DNA of 64,000 nt from an uncultured Candidatus Rokubacteria bacterium (GCA_963708025.1 CAVPSB010000002.1:224001-288000); one strand, 5' to 3'; shown: positions 20,985 to 31,789, counted from the first letter of the stretch. Program-made: numbers and translations. Notes: a model not told the origin generated them from the letters alone.

Positions 20985-22313
20985 ATGGAGACCAGCGGCG
21001 TTCATGCCGGCCAGCCTTCACCGGGAGAGCCGAGCCGGCGACGGTGGCTCGGGAGCGCGGCCCTGGCTGTCGCGATCGGGCTCCTCACCGTGGTGCCGGC
21101 GGCTGCCGAGACGGTCATCACGATGTGGAGCCACGAGGCCGACCAGCCGTCCAAGGTGGCCTGGCGGGAGGCGGCCGCCCGGGCCCTCGAGAAGAAGAAC
21201 CCGGACGTCAAGGTCAAGATCACGTGGTACGACAAGCCCGCCCTGTACGCCGCGCTGAAGACGGCCCTTCGGGCCGGGCAAGCGCCCGACATCTTCTACG
21301 ACGAGCCGGACCAGACCGAGTACATCACCAACGGATTCCTGCTCCCGCTCGACGAGCTGGTCAACTGGGGCAACATTCACGAGTGGGCCCGGCAGGTCTG
21401 GACCCACGGCGGCAAGACGTACGCGTTGCCCCAGGAGGTCTACACGGTCGAGCTCTACTACAACAAGGAGCTCATGAAGAAGGTGGGCGTGGACCTGCCC
21501 CCCAGCGGCCAGGTCAGCCAGAGCCAGTTCCTCGACATCGTGAAGAAGTCGGCGGCCGCCGGCATCACACCGATCGTTCAGGGCGTCGGCGATCGGCCGT
21601 ACCCCGGCGCCTACATGCTGGAGGAGCTCCTTCTCAAGAAGCTCGGCCGGGACGACTACGGGAAGCTGCTGGCCGGGAAGCTCTCCTACAAGGACCCCCG
21701 GGTCGTGCAGGTCTTCACGTACGTCAAGACCCTGGTCGACGCCGGCGCCTACCCGAAGAGCTTCGCGACGCTGAAGCTGGGCGAGTCCCACTACTACTTC
21801 CACACGAAGCCCGCCGGGTTGATGTTCCCCATGGGGAGCTGGTACACGGCACGCGCCTTCGTGCCGCCCGACAAGGGCGGCCAGCCGGACAACTTCCCGC
21901 TCGGGATCATGAGCGTGCCGGCCGTGGACGGCGCCGCATGCAACCAGTGCAAGACGCTCGCCGTCGGCGCCAGCTTCTCGATCAACGCGGCCACCAAGCA
22001 CCCGAAGCTCGCCGCCGGGATGCTGAACGAGATGGCGACCCCCGAGATGGGCGCATCCTGGCTGAGCACGATCCTGCTCCAGACGGCGATCAAGACCGAC
22101 ATGAGCAAGATCAGCGGAAAGTACGCCTCCTACTTCCAGGAGCTGGGCGAGCGCAACAAGGGGGCCGAGTACTTCATCGGGATCCCGATCGACCATCTGA
22201 AGGGGCAGTGCCGTGACACGTTCGTGCAGGTCATGAACACCGCCTTCCCGGGCGGCCTCCTCGCCGTCGACAAGGCCGTGGACATGATGAATCAGGCCTG
22301 CTTCGCCGGCTAG
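20985..22313 (+). CDS. Sugar ABC substrate-binding protein
   Basis: 'APDIF', 'LYYNKEL'; Tat-like N-terminus. Confidence 0.88.
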   Translation: METSGVHAGQPSPGEPSRRRWLGSAALAVAIGLLTVVPAAAETVITMWSHEADQPSKVAWREAAARALEKKNPDVKVKITWYDKPALYAALKTALRAGQAPDIFYDEPDQTEYITNGFLLPLDELVNWGNIHEWARQVWTHGGKTYALPQEVYTVELYYNKELMKKVGVDLPPSGQVSQSQFLDIVKKSAAAGITPIVQGVGDRPYPGAYMLEELLLKKLGRDDYGKLLAGKLSYKDPRVVQVFTYVKTLVDAGAYPKSFATLKLGESHYYFHTKPAGLMFPMGSWYTARAFVPPDKGGQPDNFPLGIMSVPAVDGAACNQCKTLAVGASFSINAATKHPKLAAGMLNEMATPEMGASWLSTILLQTAIKTDMSKISGKYASYFQELGERNKGAEYFIGIPIDHLKGQCRDTFVQVMNTAFPGGLLAVDKAVDMMNQACFAG

Positions 22314-22315
22314 GT

Positions 22316-22390
22316 CACTCGGGGGGGTTCCGGAAGCCCCCCCGATGCCCCCCGTCGCGGCGGCGGCGAAGCCGCCGTCCGGAGCGCGGC
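22316..22390 (+). repeat. Partial family A repeat
   Basis: G/C-run hairpin then CGGCGGC-GAA-GCCGCCG stem, right after TAG. Confidence 0.7.
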
Positions 22391-22444
22391 CCACCGCGGT
22401 GCCCGACCGGCCGCGGAGGGCGGGGCTCGCCGGCGGGCCCCCGG

Positions 22445-23398
22445 GTGCCCCTGATGGCCGTCCTCGCCCCGGTCCGAGTGGACCGCCGGACGGTCCCGCG
22501 CTTCGGGCGAATCGTCCACGCGCGCGGGGTCGTCATCCCGGTCTTCCTGGCGCCGGCCCTGCTCCTGTTCCTGGGCTTCACGGTGTATCCGGCCGCCCGG
22601 ACGTTCTACAACAGCGTCCACACCATCAAGCCCCGTGGCGTGGTGGAGTTCGTCGGGCTCGACAACGTCACCACGCTGCTGACCCGGGACCCGGTGTTCT
22701 GGAAGGCGGTCGGCAACACCATGATCTGGGCCGGGATCGCGCCGATCGTGGACGTGGTGACGGGCCTGCTGCTGGCCCTCTGTCTCTACGCGCGGGTGCC
22801 CCTGGCGCGGTTCTTCCGCGTGACGTGGTTCACGCCGGTGCTGCTGTCGTACGTCGTGGTCGGCATCCTGTGGACGTGGATCTACAACTTCGACTGGGGC
22901 GCGGTGAATCTCGGGCTCCGCGCGCTGGGGCTCGGGCAGTGGGCCCACTCCTGGCTCGGGGATCCCTCGACCGCGCTGTGGGCGGTCATGGCCACCCATG
23001 CCTGGAAGTGGGCGGGCTTCAGCATGGTCGTGTGCCTGGCCGCGCTCTACGCGCTCCCGCTCGAGGTGCTGGAGGCGGCCGAGCTGGACCACTGCGGCTG
23101 GGGGCGGAAGCTCTTCTTCGTCATGATCCCGATGATCTGGCCGACCCTGCTGAACCTCCTGATCCTCTCCTTCATCGGCAAGATGAAGGTCTTCGACCTC
23201 GTGTGGATCATGACCCAGGGAGGGCCGCTGTGGTCGACGGAGACCGTCTCGACGTACGTCTACAAGCGGGCCTTCGAGTGGAACACGTTCGACCTCGGCT
23301 ACCCGTCGGCGGTCGCCGCCCTCTGGTTCCTGGTGGTGCTGACGTCCGTCCTGGGGTTGACGTGGCTCTTCCGCCGGCGCGACCGGTTGGAGTACTGA
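22445..23398 (+). CDS. Carbohydrate ABC permease
   Basis: 'EVLEAAELDHC', 'MTQGGP'. Confidence 0.9.
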   Translation: MPLMAVLAPVRVDRRTVPRFGRIVHARGVVIPVFLAPALLLFLGFTVYPAARTFYNSVHTIKPRGVVEFVGLDNVTTLLTRDPVFWKAVGNTMIWAGIAPIVDVVTGLLLALCLYARVPLARFFRVTWFTPVLLSYVVVGILWTWIYNFDWGAVNLGLRALGLGQWAHSWLGDPSTALWAVMATHAWKWAGFSMVVCLAALYALPLEVLEAAELDHCGWGRKLFFVMIPMIWPTLLNLLILSFIGKMKVFDLVWIMTQGGPLWSTETVSTYVYKRAFEWNTFDLGYPSAVAALWFLVVLTSVLGLTWLFRRRDRLEY

Positions 23399-23402
23399 GG
23401 CG

Positions 23403-24230
23403 GTGCGCCGACCCGGCCTCCTCGGTCGCCTGCTGCTCCTGGTCGCCGTGTCCCTGTACACGACGCTGGCGGGGGGTCCGGTCCTGTGGCTCGGGATGAT
23501 GTCGCTGCGGACGACGTCCGAGATCAGCGCGAACCCGTACGCGCTCCCGGTCCCGATCCACCCCGAGAAGTACGTGGCGGCCTGGACCACCTCGAACTAC
23601 GGCACCTACTTCTGGAACAGCGCGGTGGTCGTCCTGACCGCGGTCGCTCTGGTGACGCTGGTGGGGGCGATGGCCGCCCACTGCCTGGCCCGCTATCGGT
23701 TCCGGGGGAACCGGCTCGTCTACTTCGGTCTCTTCAGCGCGATCATCTTCCCGCCGCAGCTGACGATCATCTCCCTCTTCCAGGTCCTGGTGGACTACCA
23801 CCTCTTCAACACGCATGCCGGCCTCGTCCTGGTCTACGCCGCGATCCAGCTGCCGCTGACGTTCTACGTCCTGGAGAGCTTCTTCGCGCAGATCCCCCAG
23901 GACTACTTCGACGCCGCCCGGATCGACGGGTGCTCGGACTACGGGATCTTCTGGCGCTTGACCATGCCGATCGGCCTGCCGGCCGTCGCGACCACGGTGG
24001 TGCTGAACCTGATCGAGCTGTGGAACGAGTTCCTGTACGCGGTGGTGCTGCTCACCGAGGACGAGAAGCGCACGCTGCCGCTCGGCATCATGAAGTTCAT
24101 GGGCGACCAGCTCCAGGACATCGGGATGATCGCGACCGGCATGATGATCTCCATCCTCCCGATCATCGGGATCTACGTCCTGTTCTCCGAGAAGCTGATC
24201 CGCGGCATGACCGCGGGCGTGCTGAAGTAG
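23403..24230 (+). CDS. Carbohydrate ABC permease
   Basis: 'DAARIDGCS', 'WNEF', 'TAGVLK'. Confidence 0.9.
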   Translation: MRRPGLLGRLLLLVAVSLYTTLAGGPVLWLGMMSLRTTSEISANPYALPVPIHPEKYVAAWTTSNYGTYFWNSAVVVLTAVALVTLVGAMAAHCLARYRFRGNRLVYFGLFSAIIFPPQLTIISLFQVLVDYHLFNTHAGLVLVYAAIQLPLTFYVLESFFAQIPQDYFDAARIDGCSDYGIFWRLTMPIGLPAVATTVVLNLIELWNEFLYAVVLLTEDEKRTLPLGIMKFMGDQLQDIGMIATGMMISILPIIGIYVLFSEKLIRGMTAGVLK

Positions 24231-24266
24231 GGCAGCCGTGACGCGCGGGACGCGGGAGGGCCGGGC

Positions 24267-25374
24267 GTGACGGGGCCGGCCGGAGCGGGGCGGCCGGTGG
24301 CGGACCTCGACACGCCGGCCTTGCTCGTGGACCTCGACAAGCTCGCGCGCAACATCGCCACGATGCGCCGGATCATCGTGAGCGAGGCCGGCGTCGGGTG
24401 GCGCCCCCACACCAAGGCGATCAAGACGCCGGCGCTGGCCCGGCGACTCCTCGACGCCGGCGCCTTCGGGGTCACCTGCGCCAAGCTCGGGGAAGCGGAG
24501 GTGCTGGCGGCCGCCGGCATCCGGGACATCCTCATCGCCAACGAGATCGTGGGGCCGGCGAAGATGCGGCGGCTGGCGGCCCTCCGGGAGTTGGCGGACC
24601 CCATCGTGGCCGTGGACTGCGACGCGCATCTGGAGGCCCTGGAGGCGGCGACCCGGTTCGACCGGGGTCACCCTGCGGGTAGTGATCGAGGTCAACATCG
24701 CCATGAACCGGGCCGGCGTGGAGCCCGGCGAGCCCGTCGTCGAGCTGGGCCGCCGGGTCATGGACCGGAAAGGCTTGCGGTTCGCCGGGCTGATGGGGTG
24801 GGAAGGCGGGCGACTGGCCGGTATCGCCGACCCGGGCCAGAAGCGACAGGCGATCGAGGCGGCAGTCGGGCGACTCACGGCCAGCGCGGCGTCGTGCCGG
24901 GCCGCCGGGCTCCCGGTCGACATCGTCAGCTGCGGGGGGACCGGGACCTACTGGATCACGGCCCGCCTGCCGGGGGTCACCGAGGTCCAGGCGGGGGGCG
25001 GGATCTTCGGCGATATCCACTACCGGAAGGACTACGGCGTCGAGCACGAGTACGCCCTGACGATCCTGACCACGGTCGTGAGCCGGCCCACCCCGACGCG
25101 CCTCGTGTGTGACGCCGGATGGAAGAGCATGTCGGTCTACCCGACGATGCCCGAGCCCCTGAACATGGGCGCGGTCACCCGCGTGGCCCTCTCGGCCGAG
25201 CACGCGACGGTCGAGCTGGCGGAGCAGGCCGAGGTCCCCCGGGTGGGCGACCGGGTCGAGTTCGTCCCCGGGTACACCGACTCGACCATCTTCCTGAACG
25301 ACGAGCTCCACGGCGTGCGCGCCGGCCGGGTCGAGGCGACCTGGCCGATCTCGGGGCGGGGGAAGACCCAGTGA
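24267..25374 (+). CDS. DSD1/D-threonine aldolase-like PLP enzyme (fold III), frameshift near 24665
   Basis: 'DTPALLVDLD', 'RPHTKAIK', 'CAKLGEAE'; second frame 'SCGGTGT', 'DAGWK', 'SAEH'. Confidence 0.88.
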
Positions 25375-26471
25375 CAGCCACGCCTCCCTTCCGAGCCGAG
25401 CACATCGGGAGCCTCCTGCGCCCACCGGCGCTGCTGGCGGCCCGGCAAGCGGCGGCGGAGGGCCGGCTGCCCGCGGAGGCGCTCCGGGCCGAGGAGGACG
25501 CGTGCATCCGGGAGGCCGTCCGCCTCCAGGAGGACGTGGGCCTCCAGGCCATCACCGACGGCGAGTACCGGCGCGGCATCTACTTCGGCCACTTCCCGGC
25601 GGCCGTGAGCGGGTTCACGGAGATGGACGCCGAGCTCGACTTCCGCGGCGCCGGGGGCGACACGCTTCGCTACCGGACGCCCGTCGTGACCGGCCGGCTC
25701 GTCCGCCACCGCGGCATCGCCACCGACGAGCTCCGCTTCGTCCGGGAGCTCACGCGCCGCACGCCGAAGGTCACGCTGCCCAGCCCGTGCTCGCAGCACT
25801 TCTTCCGCTGGCGCCCCGGGGTCTCCGACCGGGCGTACCCGGACCTCGACGAGTTCTTCGCCGACGTGGCCGCGATCTACCGGGCCGAACTGCGCGACCT
25901 GGCGGGGCTCGGCGCGACGTACGTCCAGCTCGACGACGTGTCGCTCCCGCTCCTGTGCGACCCGCGCCACCGGGAGGGGTTCACGGCGAAGGGCTACGAC
26001 CCCGCCCGGATGGTCGACCGCTACGTCTCCCTCGTGAACGCGGCGCTGGACGGCCGCCCGGCCGGACTGACCGTCGGCCTCCACCTCTGCCGGGGCAACA
26101 ACCAGGGGAAATGGCTCGGGGAAGGGGACTACGGGTACGTGGCCGCCAGTGGCTTCGCCCAACTCGGAGTGGATGCCTTCTTCCTCGAGTACGATTCGCC
26201 CCGGGCCGGGGGCTTCGAGGCCCTCCGCCACGTGCCCCCGGGGCGGTGGGTGGTCCTCGGCCTGGTGTCGACCAAGGGGCCCGAGATCGAGGATCCCGAC
26301 GACCTCGCCCGGCGGATCGACGCGGCGGCCAGGTTCGTGCCCCTCGAGCGACTGGCGCTCAGCCCGCAGTGCGGCTTCGCGAGCACGGCCCCCGGCAACC
26401 CGCTGACCGGGGCCGACCAGCGGCGCAAGCTCGAGCTGGTCGTCGAGGTCGCCCGCCGGGTCTGGACCTGA
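25371..26471 (+). CDS. Cobalamin-independent methionine synthase II-like protein (catalytic domain only)
   Basis: 'HIGSLLRP', 'TDGEYRR', 'HLCRGN', 'LEYD', 'SPQCGFAS'. Confidence 0.9.
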   Translation: MTATPPFRAEHIGSLLRPPALLAARQAAAEGRLPAEALRAEEDACIREAVRLQEDVGLQAITDGEYRRGIYFGHFPAAVSGFTEMDAELDFRGAGGDTLRYRTPVVTGRLVRHRGIATDELRFVRELTRRTPKVTLPSPCSQHFFRWRPGVSDRAYPDLDEFFADVAAIYRAELRDLAGLGATYVQLDDVSLPLLCDPRHREGFTAKGYDPARMVDRYVSLVNAALDGRPAGLTVGLHLCRGNNQGKWLGEGDYGYVAASGFAQLGVDAFFLEYDSPRAGGFEALRHVPPGRWVVLGLVSTKGPEIEDPDDLARRIDAAARFVPLERLALSPQCGFASTAPGNPLTGADQRRKLELVVEVARRVWT

Positions 26472-26499
26472 GAGCGCGGAAGGAAGGTTCCGATCTTGA

Positions 26500-26580
26500 G
26501 AAGGCAAGCGGGTCGTCCGGCTCCCCCCTCCCCCCCGGTGGGTGGGGGAGGGGGGCTGGGGGGGTAGGCGGGAGGTTACG
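26500..26580 (-). repeat. Repeat family B
   Basis: Reverse-complement match to 27002 and 49474 (CCCCCCAGCCCCCCTCCCC..GGGGGAGGGGGGAGCCGGA). Confidence 0.8.
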
Positions 26581-26581
26581 G

Positions 26582-27001
26582 ATGAAAGTCTGGGTTTCCC
26601 GGTTCTCGGTGGAGTGGGCGCACTGCGACGCCGCCGGGATCGTCTTCTACCCGTACTTCTACGGCTGGTTCGACCAGGGGACCGAGCGGCTGTTCAAGGC
26701 GAACCATCTCTCCTATCTCGAGCTGAGGCGCGACTTCGGGGTCGCCGGGATGCCGCTCCTGGAGACGGGGGCCCGCTACGAGAACGCCTGCAAGCTGGGC
26801 GACGAGCTCGAGCTGCAGAGCTGGGTGGACGAGTGGGCGGGCCGGAGCTTCGTCGTCAAGCACCGGGTCCGGCACGCCGACGGGCGTCCCGCGCTCGAGG
26901 GCTTCGAGCGGCGGGTGTGGGCGGTTCCCGATCCGCAGGCGCCCAAGGGCCTGCGGGCGATCCCGATCCCGCCGGAGGTGATCGCCCGCTTCGTCGACTG
27001 A
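26582..27001 (+). CDS. 4-hydroxybenzoyl-CoA-type thioesterase
   Basis: 'WAHCDAAGIVFYPYF'. Confidence 0.88.
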   Translation: MKVWVSRFSVEWAHCDAAGIVFYPYFYGWFDQGTERLFKANHLSYLELRRDFGVAGMPLLETGARYENACKLGDELELQSWVDEWAGRSFVVKHRVRHADGRPALEGFERRVWAVPDPQAPKGLRAIPIPPEVIARFVD

Positions 27002-27116
27002 GATTTTCGGGAACTTCCTCCACCCCCCCAGCCCCCCTCCCCCACCCATGGACGGCCTTCGGCCTGTGGCCGGGGGGAGGGGGGAGCCGGAGGCCCCGAT
27101 TCCTTCACAGGCTTTG
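27002..27116 (+). repeat. Repeat family B (fused to family A copy)
   Basis: Contains GGACGGCCTTCGGCCT; same B+A composite in reverse at 61170-61401. Confidence 0.85.
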
Positions 27117-27285
27117 AGAACATCGGGAGGGTCTTCCGAGACCCCCCCGATGCCCCCCCTCGGAGGCCGCGGCTGTTGGACGGCCTTCGGCCTTTGGGCC
27201 GCGGCTCGGAGTGGAACGCCACGGCCGCGCGGCCGAAGCTAAGGGGTTGCGAGAAGCCGACGGGTGATCGGAATGGGGCCGCGTG
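27117..27285 (+). repeat. Repeat family A, full copy
   Basis: Closely matches 2664-2830. Confidence 0.85.
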
Positions 27286-27288
27286 CGG

Positions 27289-28175
27289 TCAGGAGCGCGG
27301 GGCGGGCGTAGGCTGCTCGACGTCGAGGGTCGTCACCCGACGGAGCTCGCGCCGGTACGTCGCGTCGTCGAAGGGTCGGGCGCGGTGCATGGTGGCGCGA
27401 TTGTCCCAGATCACCAGGTCGCCGACGCGCCACGAGTGGCGGTAGACGAACTCCGGCTGGGTCGCGTGCTCGATCAGGTCGCGGAGGAGGAGCCGCCCCT
27501 CGGGGACCGGCCAGTCGATGATCCGGGACGCGTGCGACGCGACGTAGAGCGACTTGCGATTGGAGCGCGGGATCGTCCGGACGAGCGGGTGGACCGCGCC
27601 CTTTCAGGGCGTCCGCCTCGTCCGGGGAGAACTCGAACCCGAGCGTCTGGCGCGAGTGCGCGATCGAGTGATGGACGCGCAGCCCCTCCAGCCGGGCTTT
27701 CGTCTCGGAGGGGAGCGCGTCGTAGGCGGCCCGCATGTCGGCATACTCGGTGTCGGCGGCGACGGGCGGGACGACCTTCGCCGAGAGCATCGAGTAGCGA
27801 CCCGGCGGATCCTGGAACGACGCGTCGGTGTGCCACAGGCGATTGCCGAGGCCGTACATGCGACGGCGATTGTCGGCTGGTCAGGATCTCGCCGTCCGCA
27901 TCGACGTTCGAGACGTCGGCCAGGGCCTCGTTCCCCAGGCGACTCTTGTAGAGGGCGCTGCTGCCCGTCTTCGTGTGGAGCTGGCCGTCGAGTCGCTGGG
28001 CGAACGCCAGGTGCTCGTCGTCGGTGAAGGGCTGGTCGCGGAACACCAGCACCGCGTACTCGTCCATCCCCGCCCGGATCTCGGCCAGCGTCTCCCGATC
28101 GTGAACCTGGCGCAGATCCACCCGGCTCACCTCGGCGACGAAGTGCGGATGGAGCTTGCGGAAGGTCAGGGCCAT
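27289..28175 (-). CDS. TauD/TfdA Fe(II)/2-oxoglutarate dioxygenase, two frameshifts (about 27880 and 27600)
   Basis: 'LWHTDASF', 'TEYADMRAAYDAL', 'GDLVIWDNRATMHRARP' across three frames. Confidence 0.85.
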
Positions 28176-28373
28176 GTGAGCACCGTCGTGCCTCGAACTG
28201 CCGCTGACGAGGGTAGGGTCTTTCCCGAAGCCTGTCAATCGACCCCCCGCGACACTGCGACGCGTCTCACCGACCCGGGCCCGCCACGTTCGGATCACAC
28301 AGACCGGTCGGAGCACGGCCCGGCCGGATCAGTTGCAGGGGTCGGGACTGTCAGGCCGCGGATCGATGAAGGA

Positions 28374-30917
28374 TCAGACCCAGAGCACCCGGCGACGCAG
28401 ATCGAGGTCCTCGAGCAGCGGGCGGGCCGGCCCCTGGTGAACGACACGCCCGCGGTCCAGCACGACGACGCGGTCGGCCAGGGCGAGGACGAGATCGAGG
28501 TTGTGGTCGACGATGATCACCGCGATATCGCGCCGGAGCCGCTCGACCGCCGCGAACACCTCCTCGATGACGGTCGGCGCCAGCCCCTCGAATGGCTCGT
28601 CCAGGAGCAGCAGGCGCACGTCGCCCGCGAGCGCGCGGGCGATCGCGACCATCTGCTGCTCCCCCCCGGACAGGAGATCGGCCGCCACCGAAAGTCGCTC
28701 GCGGATGCGGGGGAAGTACTGGAAGATGCGCTCGTCGTCCCAGTGGGTGCCGTCCGTCATGGTCCCCCGCCGCCGGAGCCGACCGAGCCCCAGGTTGTCC
28801 GCCACCGTGAGGCCGGGAAAGAGCCGCCGTCCCTGGGGCACGTAGCCGATCCCGGCCTGGGCGATGGCCTCGGGAGACTGCCGGGCCAGCTCCATCCCCG
28901 AGAGCCGCACCGTGCCGGACCGCGGCGGGACGAGGCCGATGAGGCTCTTGAGCAGCGTCGACTTGCCAGCCCCGTTGCGGCCGAGCACCGCGACCACCTC
29001 GCGCTCGCGCAGGTCGAGCGTGACGTCGGTCAGGATGTGGCTCTTGCCGTAGTAGCTGTTGAGCCCTTCGGCGGCGAGCACCGGCGCCCCGGGCGTGACG
29101 GCGGCCCGCGGGCGTGCGGCGAGGGCGGCGGCGCCGGAGCCGATGTACACCTCGTGCACCCGCGGGTCGCTCCTGACCATGTCGACCGGGCCCTCGACCA
29201 GGATGCGGCCCTGGTTCATGACCGTGACCCGGTCGGCGATCTCGAAGACGCGGTCGATATCGTGCTCGACCAGCAGCACTCCGATGGCGTCGCCCAGCCG
29301 CCGCACCAGCCGGCCGACGCGGTCCCGCTCGGCGGCGGCGAGGCCGGCGAGCGGTTCGTCGAGGAGCACGAGGGCCGGCCTTCCGGCGAGCGCGATGCCG
29401 AGGTCGAGGAGACGTTGCCCGCCGTAGGAGAGGTTCTCGGCCGGCACCTCCTCGAGTCCGCCGAGCCCCAGGAACCCGATGAGCGCGGCTGTCTCGCGCT
29501 CGACGTCGGCGAGCCGGTCCGCGCGTAGGAGAAGCGCGAAGCGCCGGGGATGACGCGCCTGCACGCCGAGGCGGAGGTTTTCGGCCACCGTGAGGCCCAT
29601 GAACAGGTTGGTGATCTGGAACGACCGCGTCAGCCCGGCCCGCGCGACGACATGCGGCGACCGCCCCTCGATGCGGGTCCCGCGATAGGCGATCTGGCCG
29701 CGATCGGGCGAGAACAGGCCGGAGACCAGGTTGAACAGCGTCGTCTTGCCGGCGCCGTTCGGTCCGATCAGGGCGTGGACGCCGCGGCCACGCACGGCGA
29801 GATCGGCGTCGGCCACGGCCACGATGCCGCCGAAGGTCCTGACCACCCCCCGGCACTCGAGCACCGACGCGTCCCCGATGGCAGCGCCGGCGAGGAACCC
29901 GGGCACCGGCGCCGCCCCCGCCGGCGTCACCCGGCCGGCCATGGCCGCCGCCGTCGCCGGCCCCGGCCGCAGGAGCTCGAGGAGCCGGCGGGCGACACCG
30001 ACGAGCCCGGTCGGCGAGAAGAGCACGAAGACGACGAAGAGGAGGCCGAAGTAGAGGAGCCAATAGCCCGTCCAGATCGACAGGAACTCGCGAAAGAGGA
30101 TGAAGAACAGAGCTCCCAGCACGGGGCCGAGGAAGCTCCGGGCCCCGCCGATGATGACCATCGCCACGAGCTCACCGGAGAAGGCCACCGCCAGGGGGTC
30201 AGCCGAAGCGAAGCGGTGGTTGAAGACGAGGAGCGCCCCCGCCAGCCCGGGCACGGTGGCGGAGATGACGAAGGCGATCAGCTTGTACCGGCTCGTTGGA
30301 TAGCCCTGGAAGGCGGCGCGCTGCTCGTTCTCCCGGATGGCCACCAGCACCCGGCCGAACGGCGAGCCCGTGACACTCCAGAGGAACCAGACGGTCGCGA
30401 AGGCGAGGCCGGCGACGACCATGTAATAGGCGCCGGGCCGGCCCAGGTCGACGCCGAGGACGATCGGGCGCGTGATGCCGCCGAGCCCGCTCTCCCCCCC
30501 GGTGAGCGCGGTCCACCGGTAGGCGACCGAGAACAGGAGCGCGGTCAGAGCGAGCGTCAGCAGCGAAAAGTACACCCCGCGGCGGCGGAGGATCAGGGCG
30601 CCGAACACGAAGGCGGCGACGGCGACGAGAGCGGTGGCGAGCAGCACGGGGAGGACGAACCGGTCGGGCCAGAGGCGCAGCTGGATCAGCCCGGCGGCGT
30701 AAGCGCCGACACCGAACCAGGCGCCGTGCCCGAACGAGACGAGGCCGGTGTAGCCGAGCAGGAGGTTGAGGCCGAGCCCGACCAGCCCGTAGAGCACGCA
30801 GTCGGTGGCCGAGATCAGGGTCAAGCCCATGGCCAAGAGCGCATACGGCAGGACGACGAGGCCGACCCCGATCACGAGGAGTGGCCGCCAGGCGGCGATC
30901 GACGGCGGTCCGGTCAC
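28374..30917 (-). CDS. Fused Liv-type permease plus two ABC ATPase domains (LivM-LivG-LivF)
   Basis: 847 aa; 'GYTGLVSFGHG', then 'GPNGAGKTT..LSYGG' and 'GRNGAGKST..LSGGE'. Confidence 0.9.
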   Translation of the reverse strand: MTGPPSIAAWRPLLVIGVGLVVLPYALLAMGLTLISATDCVLYGLVGLGLNLLLGYTGLVSFGHGAWFGVGAYAAGLIQLRLWPDRFVLPVLLATALVAVAAFVFGALILRRRGVYFSLLTLALTALLFSVAYRWTALTGGESGLGGITRPIVLGVDLGRPGAYYMVVAGLAFATVWFLWSVTGSPFGRVLVAIRENEQRAAFQGYPTSRYKLIAFVISATVPGLAGALLVFNHRFASADPLAVAFSGELVAMVIIGGARSFLGPVLGALFFILFREFLSIWTGYWLLYFGLLFVVFVLFSPTGLVGVARRLLELLRPGPATAAAMAGRVTPAGAAPVPGFLAGAAIGDASVLECRGVVRTFGGIVAVADADLAVRGRGVHALIGPNGAGKTTLFNLVSGLFSPDRGQIAYRGTRIEGRSPHVVARAGLTRSFQITNLFMGLTVAENLRLGVQARHPRRFALLLRADRLADVERETAALIGFLGLGGLEEVPAENLSYGGQRLLDLGIALAGRPALVLLDEPLAGLAAAERDRVGRLVRRLGDAIGVLLVEHDIDRVFEIADRVTVMNQGRILVEGPVDMVRSDPRVHEVYIGSGAAALAARPRAAVTPGAPVLAAEGLNSYYGKSHILTDVTLDLREREVVAVLGRNGAGKSTLLKSLIGLVPPRSGTVRLSGMELARQSPEAIAQAGIGYVPQGRRLFPGLTVADNLGLGRLRRRGTMTDGTHWDDERIFQYFPRIRERLSVAADLLSGGEQQMVAIARALAGDVRLLLLDEPFEGLAPTVIEEVFAAVERLRRDIAVIIVDHNLDLVLALADRVVVLDRGRVVHQGPARPLLEDLDLRRRVLWV

Positions 30918-31789
30918 TCCAGCCGCTCCATGCGCTCGCCCATCAAGCCCCGGGGCCGGACGAGCAGGACCAGCAGCATCAGGAGATACATGGAGGCCTC
31001 GGAGGCGGGCGGGATGAAGTAGACGGTGAGACCCCGCACGACCCCGACCAGGAGGGCGGCGTAGACCACGCCCCAGAAGCTCCCGAGCCCGCCGATCACC
31101 ACGACGACGAAGGCAGCGGTCATGATCTCGCTCCCCATCGCCGGATGGACACCCGAGATGGGCGCCAGCAGCACCCCCGCGAGTCCGGCTAACCCGATGC
31201 CGAGGGCGCTGACCGCGGTCAGGACGGGCGCCAGCGGGATGCCAACGGCACGCACCATGTCGGGATCGGCGATGCCCGCGCGCACGATCTTGCCGAACCA
31301 GGTCCGGTTGAGGAGATACCACGTCCCGCCGACCGCCACGACGGCGACGGCGAGCATCCCGAGCCGGTAGTAGGGGTAGATGAAGTCGCCGAGCAGGAGC
31401 TGGCCGCGCAGGAAGGGGGGGATCGAGTAGGCGATGGGGGCCGCCCCCCAGATCATGCGCAGGGTCTGCTCGACGATCATCGAGAGGCCGAAGGTGAAGA
31501 GCAGGCTCAGCGTGGGGTCCGCCCGGTAGAAGCGACGCAGGAACAACCGCTCGATCGCCACGCCGAGCAGGGCCACCAGGAGGGGCGAGGCGACGAAGGC
31601 GACGCCGAAGCCAGCCACCCGGCTGAGCTCGACGGTCAGGTAGGCCCCGATCGCGTAGAAGGCGCCGTGGGCCAGGTTGACGACCCCGCCGAGGCTGAAG
31701 ATCAGCGACAGGCCGAGCGCGATGAGGAGGTAGTAGACGCCCAGGAGCAAGCCGTTGACGACCTGCTCGAGGACGAAGACCCACGCCAT
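30914..31789 (-). CDS. livH: LivH-family permease
   Basis: 'VNLAHG', 'VVIGGLGS'. Confidence 0.9.
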   Translation of the reverse strand: MAWVFVLEQVVNGLLLGVYYLLIALGLSLIFSLGGVVNLAHGAFYAIGAYLTVELSRVAGFGVAFVASPLLVALLGVAIERLFLRRFYRADPTLSLLFTFGLSMIVEQTLRMIWGAAPIAYSIPPFLRGQLLLGDFIYPYYRLGMLAVAVVAVGGTWYLLNRTWFGKIVRAGIADPDMVRAVGIPLAPVLTAVSALGIGLAGLAGVLLAPISGVHPAMGSEIMTAAFVVVVIGGLGSFWGVVYAALLVGVVRGLTVYFIPPASEASMYLLMLLVLLVRPRGLMGERMERLE

